Assembly: GCA_050331235.1 (NCBI GenBank)
Contig: JBHJHA010000102.1
Location: forward strand, 1 to 11,925
Origin: Leptolyngbyaceae cyanobacterium
GTDB lineage: Bacteria; Cyanobacteriota; Cyanobacteriia; Phormidesmidales; Phormidesmidaceae
Direction of reading: 5' to 3'
Length of the DNA stretch: 11,925 nt
In this document: positions 8,027 to 11,925 of the stretch, piece after piece
How the letters are laid out: each line of letters begins with the position of its first letter
Numbering within the stretch: the stretch's first letter is position 1
Program-made: the position numbers and the translations under genes
The notes under the pieces: generated by a model
The model's input: only the letters and a program-made list of their open reading frames with translations
Database searches by the model: none
What the model was told of the DNA's origin: nothing

Positions 8027-9136
8027 ATGGAAAGCGCCTCCTGGCTCGATATCATTCTCAAGCGGTTGCGATTTTTCAGCCGACCTGTCCCCCTTGCCTC
8101 TACTGTGGGGGCTTTGTTATTGGCGGTCTTTATCTGGGAATATGTGTCGCACCCGGAATGGTTTGGAGCCTTTGAATCCACTAGTGCCAGTCCCAACCAG
8201 GATGTTGATTTGTCTGATTTGACTCCGGAAGAGCAGGCTGCCATCTCCGGCATCGATAACCTATCGCTGTTATTTCGGGAGTTGGGGGTGGAGTCTGGTG
8301 GCGTTCCCCAGTTGCAGGCTTTGGGCGACTCATCAGAAGCTGAGGAAAACGCCTTTTTGAATGAGGCGTTGGCGATCGCCCAGCCAAATCAAGTTGAGGC
8401 CTCAGCCAGCGGCAACCCCTTTACCCAGTATCTGGAGCAGTACCAGTTTGGCCGTCAGCGTTCTACCTCAGAGTCGGCGGCGACGAATTCTTCTCGTAAT
8501 GCGAATAGCTTCAGCTACTTCCAGACAAATAGCGACACGTCGACCAGCGATCGCTATAACCCCTTGACTGCGGCTTTACAAAATGACTCGGGCCAATTGG
8601 AGGGTGACTTACAAACTACAGCTGAAGAAGATGCAGAAAACTCAGCGCTCGAAACCGAATTGCGATCGCAATCAGCCAGCGGCTCAGATACCTCAAGCGA
8701 TGAGCGATCGTCTGAGGCCCTAACCGACAGCGGCTTACCCATTGGTGAATTTAGTTCCCAAACGGTTACTGTTCCTGGCGTCAATTTTCCGGTGCTGCCT
8801 ACCCTGCCGAAAATGTCGCCGCCGCCAGGCACGACGGGCTACACTCCCCCCGCCTCTTTAAACTTGATGCCACCGCTGCCAGGGGTTTCCTCGGCTCCGG
8901 CTCCGAGCAGTGCGGGGGTACCTGACCTGTCCACTTTAAACGGAGCAACTTCGGTCAATACTCCCCAGGTAGATGTCAGCAATGGGTACACCCCTTACAC
9001 GCCCACGGTGCCGAGTGCCGCCCCGACCACCACCGGCCCAACGTCACAACCCTTTACGGCACCTCGGCCACCGGGCTCTTACACCGGTGGTGGTTACATT
9101 AATACGTTCTCTAACCCCAACGGCCCCTCTAATTGA
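8027..9136 (+). CDS. Hypothetical membrane-anchored Ser/Thr/Pro-rich protein
   Basis: 369-aa ORF. A basic N-terminus is followed by a hydrophobic segment (LASTVGALLLAVFIWEYV), then an acidic Ser-rich linker, a Pro-rich region and a C-terminal GGGYINTFSNP. Confidence 0.85.
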   Translation: MESASWLDIILKRLRFFSRPVPLASTVGALLLAVFIWEYVSHPEWFGAFESTSASPNQDVDLSDLTPEEQAAISGIDNLSLLFRELGVESGGVPQLQALGDSSEAEENAFLNEALAIAQPNQVEASASGNPFTQYLEQYQFGRQRSTSESAATNSSRNANSFSYFQTNSDTSTSDRYNPLTAALQNDSGQLEGDLQTTAEEDAENSALETELRSQSASGSDTSSDERSSEALTDSGLPIGEFSSQTVTVPGVNFPVLPTLPKMSPPPGTTGYTPPASLNLMPPLPGVSSAPAPSSAGVPDLSTLNGATSVNTPQVDVSNGYTPYTPTVPSAAPTTTGPTSQPFTAPRPPGSYTGGGYINTFSNPNGPSN

Positions 9137-9240
9137 CCCGCTGCTGAGCCGATAGGTCAGCGCAAGACTGCGCATGAGAGTCAGCGGCTAGCAAACTGAC
9201 GGTGAGCTACCCTGTGGAAAACCGTTTGGAGGCTGTTTCC

Positions 9241-11925
9241 GTGGCGAGCCGGCTCTGGAAATTTCTCACGACTGATATCCAAGATTTAGTCTCCCTTGAT
9301 ACCGTTGATAGCGGCAAAGACGCGGCGGCGGCTGTATTGGGGTTGGCCGAGGTACTGCAAACAGAGGGCCCTAATGTCCGGCAACTTGCGCCCCTCATTA
9401 CTCAGCTGGATTCGCTGCTAGATATTCTGAACTCGCCCCTGGGCAATATTGTGGGCGCCAGTCTACCGTTTGTTTCTATCGCTACGGGGTTGCTCAAGTT
9501 TTATCTCGAGAAAGCCCACAAAGAGCCCACGATCGCCCAAAGCGTTGCCTTGGTCAGTCAGGCCGCCTATCTCGCCACCGTCAAAGAATTTCTCGAACAG
9601 CCACAGTACCAACGCTGGCTCGAAAAAGTGGGCGATCGCCCCGCCGCTGCGCCGGTCGAGCAACGGCTCAAAGCGCTAGAAACCCTGGAGCTAAGCGAGA
9701 CCCAAGCGCGGCGGGCTTTGCTGCACTTCCATGAGTCTGAGCTGGCCACGGCATATAACGCTGCCTTTGTCGCGCGATTGGTGGAACTTGGTGCTCAGCT
9801 TGCCAGAGCTGAAAAAGTAGCGATTAAAATCGCCCGGGATACCAATCGATTGATGCTGCAAACGTTGGTGAGCTGTAGCGACAGCGTCAGTGCCTTAGTC
9901 GAGTGGTATCGCATTGGCGGCAAAGCAGAATTTGAAAAGTACCTCAGCATCGACACTTATCTAGACGAAGTTATTGCCCCCGGCCCCCACGACCGAGTAT
10001 TTGCTGAGCCCTTTGCCTTTAAAGATATCTATGTGCCGATGAAGGCCCACCCCCTGACAAACGCAGGCGAGCCAGACGAGTCACAAGCCCCAGTCGAGTT
10101 AGAAGCGTGGGCGCGGCAGATGCTCAACGACACGGCTCAAAAAGACCGCGTGATGTTTGTGCAGGGCGGGCCGGGCCGGGGAAAAAGTGTCTTTTGTCGC
10201 ATGTTTGCCGACTGGGTGCGCCGCTACGAGCATCCTCGCTGGACGCCGATCTTAATTCGCCTGCGTGACGTTCCTATACTGTCGCGCGATTTTGAGGAAA
10301 CGCTGGCAAAAGCGGTGGATCGCGACTTTACCAAAACTGACTCGGGCTGGCTGACCGATCGCAACGTCAACTTTCTGTTTATTCTTGATGGGTTTGACGA
10401 ACTGCTGCTGGAAGGGCGCACCAGCAGCGGTTTGAACAATTTTTTAGACCAGGTAGGGCGGTTTCAAGAGCAGTGCGCCCGCAACTCTGAAAAACATCAC
10501 CGGATATTGGTTACCGGGCGAACGCTGGCTTTGCAGGCGATCGAGAGTCGCATGCCGATGAACCTCGCCCGGATCAAAATCTTGCCGATGGATGATGACA
10601 TCCAACGCCGCTGGTTTGAGCGGTGGGGGCGGCTCATTCATCAAGACGATGCCTATCTGATGCAGATCTTGCAAGATCAACGCCTGCCAGAGCGGGTAAC
10701 CGAGCTCGCCCGCGAACCGCTGCTGCTATATCTGCTAGCGGCGATGCACCGCGATGGCGAATTGCGCCTAGACATGTTTGCCGGAGCCGAGGGCGCCCAG
10801 GCCAAGGTGCTGATCTATGAGCGCACACTGGACTGGGTACTAACCAAACAGCGGGCTGAGGGACACCGCCGCGACCCCCAAAGTCAAACCACCCTTCCCG
10901 CTCGTGACCTCAACCCCGACATCACCGAACTCGCCCCTAAAAACCTGCGCCGCATCTTGCAAGAGGCCGGACTCTGTGTGGTGCAGTCGGGCATGGAGTT
11001 TGCCAGCATCGGCGCGATCGAAGACCGCCTCAGCCAAGACAGCACCGCCAAAGCCTTTTTAGAAGCTGCTCAAAAGCGTTTAGAAACTGACGACACCCCT
11101 CTCCGTAATGCCCTTGCAGCTTTTTATCTACAAGAGGGCCGTCAAGGTGAAGGCTCTATCGAATTTGTCCACAAAAGCTTTGGTGAATTTCTCTGTGCTG
11201 AGCGCATTGTCAATGGACTAATCGACATTTGCCAACCCGGACGCAATCGCGAATACGACATTAATGACCCCGCCTTTTGCTGGCTGATGTATGACCTGCT
11301 CGGTTGCCACGTTCTCACTCCCGAAATCGTTGAATACCTCACCGCCCTACTCACCAAACACCCCGAATTTGCCGCAGCAAAGCTACACCAACGCCTCTAT
11401 GACTTTTACTGGCGCTGGAGCGACGGCGAATTTATCGATGCGCCACCCGAGAACTTACCGCAGCAAAAAATGCGACTGCTGCGCGAGCGTATGCCTAATC
11501 GTGAAGAGGTCTTAGGGCAGCGCCAGGTCGATACTTATACCGGACTCAACACTATGATTTTGCTGTTTGAGCTGCATCGTTTTGGTTTGCCGATGCCGGA
11601 TATAGAGAAACTCGTCGCAGATACCAATCCACCCTCAACCTCTTTGGCCTTTAACCCTGGCCAGATGATGGATAGTGAGGAGTTCGATGCTACCAAGTTG
11701 CTCAGATTGATGGGAATGAGCTGCTGCTTGGGCACTGGTGCTTTTAACCAACTTGTCGGTTCATTTCTCCGCAACGCCGACCTTAGCGACGCCGACCTCA
11801 GCAACGCCGACCTCCGCAACGCCGACCTCCGCAACGCCGCCCTCCGCAACGCCGACCTCCGGAAGGCTGACTTGACAGAGGCAAGACTATCGGATGAATA
11901 TATGCCAGAGATTCATAGGAATGAC
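9241..11925 (+). CDS. NACHT-domain (STAND) NTPase with C-terminal pentapeptide repeats, 3'-partial (at least 895 aa)
   Basis: Translated by hand and open from the GTG at 9241 (GGAGG RBS at 9228-9232; MASRLWKFLTTDIQ) to the window end. Walker A GGPGRGKS (10165-10188), Walker B FLFILDGFDEL (10372-10404), sensor-1 RILVTGR, helical-domain AREPLLLYLL, winged-helix EFVHKSFGEFLCA, then ADLxN pentapeptides. Confidence 0.93.
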   Translation, partial: MASRLWKFLTTDIQDLVSLDTVDSGKDAAAAVLGLAEVLQTEGPNVRQLAPLITQLDSLLDILNSPLGNIVGASLPFVSIATGLLKFYLEKAHKEPTIAQSVALVSQAAYLATVKEFLEQPQYQRWLEKVGDRPAAAPVEQRLKALETLELSETQARRALLHFHESELATAYNAAFVARLVELGAQLARAEKVAIKIARDTNRLMLQTLVSCSDSVSALVEWYRIGGKAEFEKYLSIDTYLDEVIAPGPHDRVFAEPFAFKDIYVPMKAHPLTNAGEPDESQAPVELEAWARQMLNDTAQKDRVMFVQGGPGRGKSVFCRMFADWVRRYEHPRWTPILIRLRDVPILSRDFEETLAKAVDRDFTKTDSGWLTDRNVNFLFILDGFDELLLEGRTSSGLNNFLDQVGRFQEQCARNSEKHHRILVTGRTLALQAIESRMPMNLARIKILPMDDDIQRRWFERWGRLIHQDDAYLMQILQDQRLPERVTELAREPLLLYLLAAMHRDGELRLDMFAGAEGAQAKVLIYERTLDWVLTKQRAEGHRRDPQSQTTLPARDLNPDITELAPKNLRRILQEAGLCVVQSGMEFASIGAIEDRLSQDSTAKAFLEAAQKRLETDDTPLRNALAAFYLQEGRQGEGSIEFVHKSFGEFLCAERIVNGLIDICQPGRNREYDINDPAFCWLMYDLLGCHVLTPEIVEYLTALLTKHPEFAAAKLHQRLYDFYWRWSDGEFIDAPPENLPQQKMRLLRERMPNREEVLGQRQVDTYTGLNTMILLFELHRFGLPMPDIEKLVADTNPPSTSLAFNPGQMMDSEEFDATKLLRLMGMSCCLGTGAFNQLVGSFLRNADLSDADLSNADLRNADLRNAALRNADLRKADLTEARLSDEYMPEIHRND
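11767..11886 (+). repeat. 15-bp tandem repeat (about 8 units) encoding pentapeptide repeats
   Basis: The consensus CTCCGCAACGCCGAC is exact at 11767, 11812 and 11842, with variants at 11782, 11797, 11827, 11857 and a degenerate unit at 11872. It encodes LRNAD LSDAD LSNAD LRNAD LRNAA LRNAD LRKAD LTEAR. Confidence 0.95.

Larger units (their letters stand above)
1604..9639. repeat. Dispersed HIP1 palindromes (GCGATCGC)
   Basis: Perfect copies start at 1604, 1690, 2331, 2827, 3600, 3682, 4112, 4256, 4495, 5644, 6727, 6844, 8372, 8547, 8662 and 9632. Fewer than one would be expected by chance in 12 kb. HIP1 is a hallmark of cyanobacterial DNA. Confidence 0.95.

Noticed and set aside
11535..11849. 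Minus-strand ORF with RRSAL repeats, or the 15-bp array as CRISPR
   Set aside because: The ORF is the antisense reading of the pentapeptide codons. The repeats are contiguous with no spacers, so this is not a CRISPR array.
9640..11925. Absence of perfect HIP1 sites as evidence of horizontal transfer of the NACHT gene
   Set aside because: Only about 3 sites would be expected at the local density, several 7/8 matches are present, and a similar gap exists at 86-1603.

Overview
This is a cyanobacterial chromosomal segment. Dense HIP1 octamers (GCGATCGC, 16 perfect copies counted by eye), cyanobacterial gene families and a GC content somewhat above 50% suggest a non-heterocystous, Leptolyngbya/Nodosilinea-like strain (inference). 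After an 85-nt poly-C artefact come a DUF1997 protein (-), an atypical SDR/NAD(P)-binding protein (+), a Nif3-like protein (-), ddl (-), a 56-aa small protein (+), ribBA (+), an orphan SphR/PhoB-like response regulator (-) and a membrane-anchored Ser/Thr/Pro-rich protein (+). An NLR-like NACHT NTPase with pentapeptide repeats (at least 895 aa, +) runs off the right end and is missing from the supplied ORF track. The most notable unannotated element is a solitary ~59-nt NsiR1-like small RNA gene (4319-4377, -) directly upstream of ddl. It has a GGTAGATGCACC 5' end, an intrinsic terminator and a TCCGGA (DIF1-type) motif at about -35.
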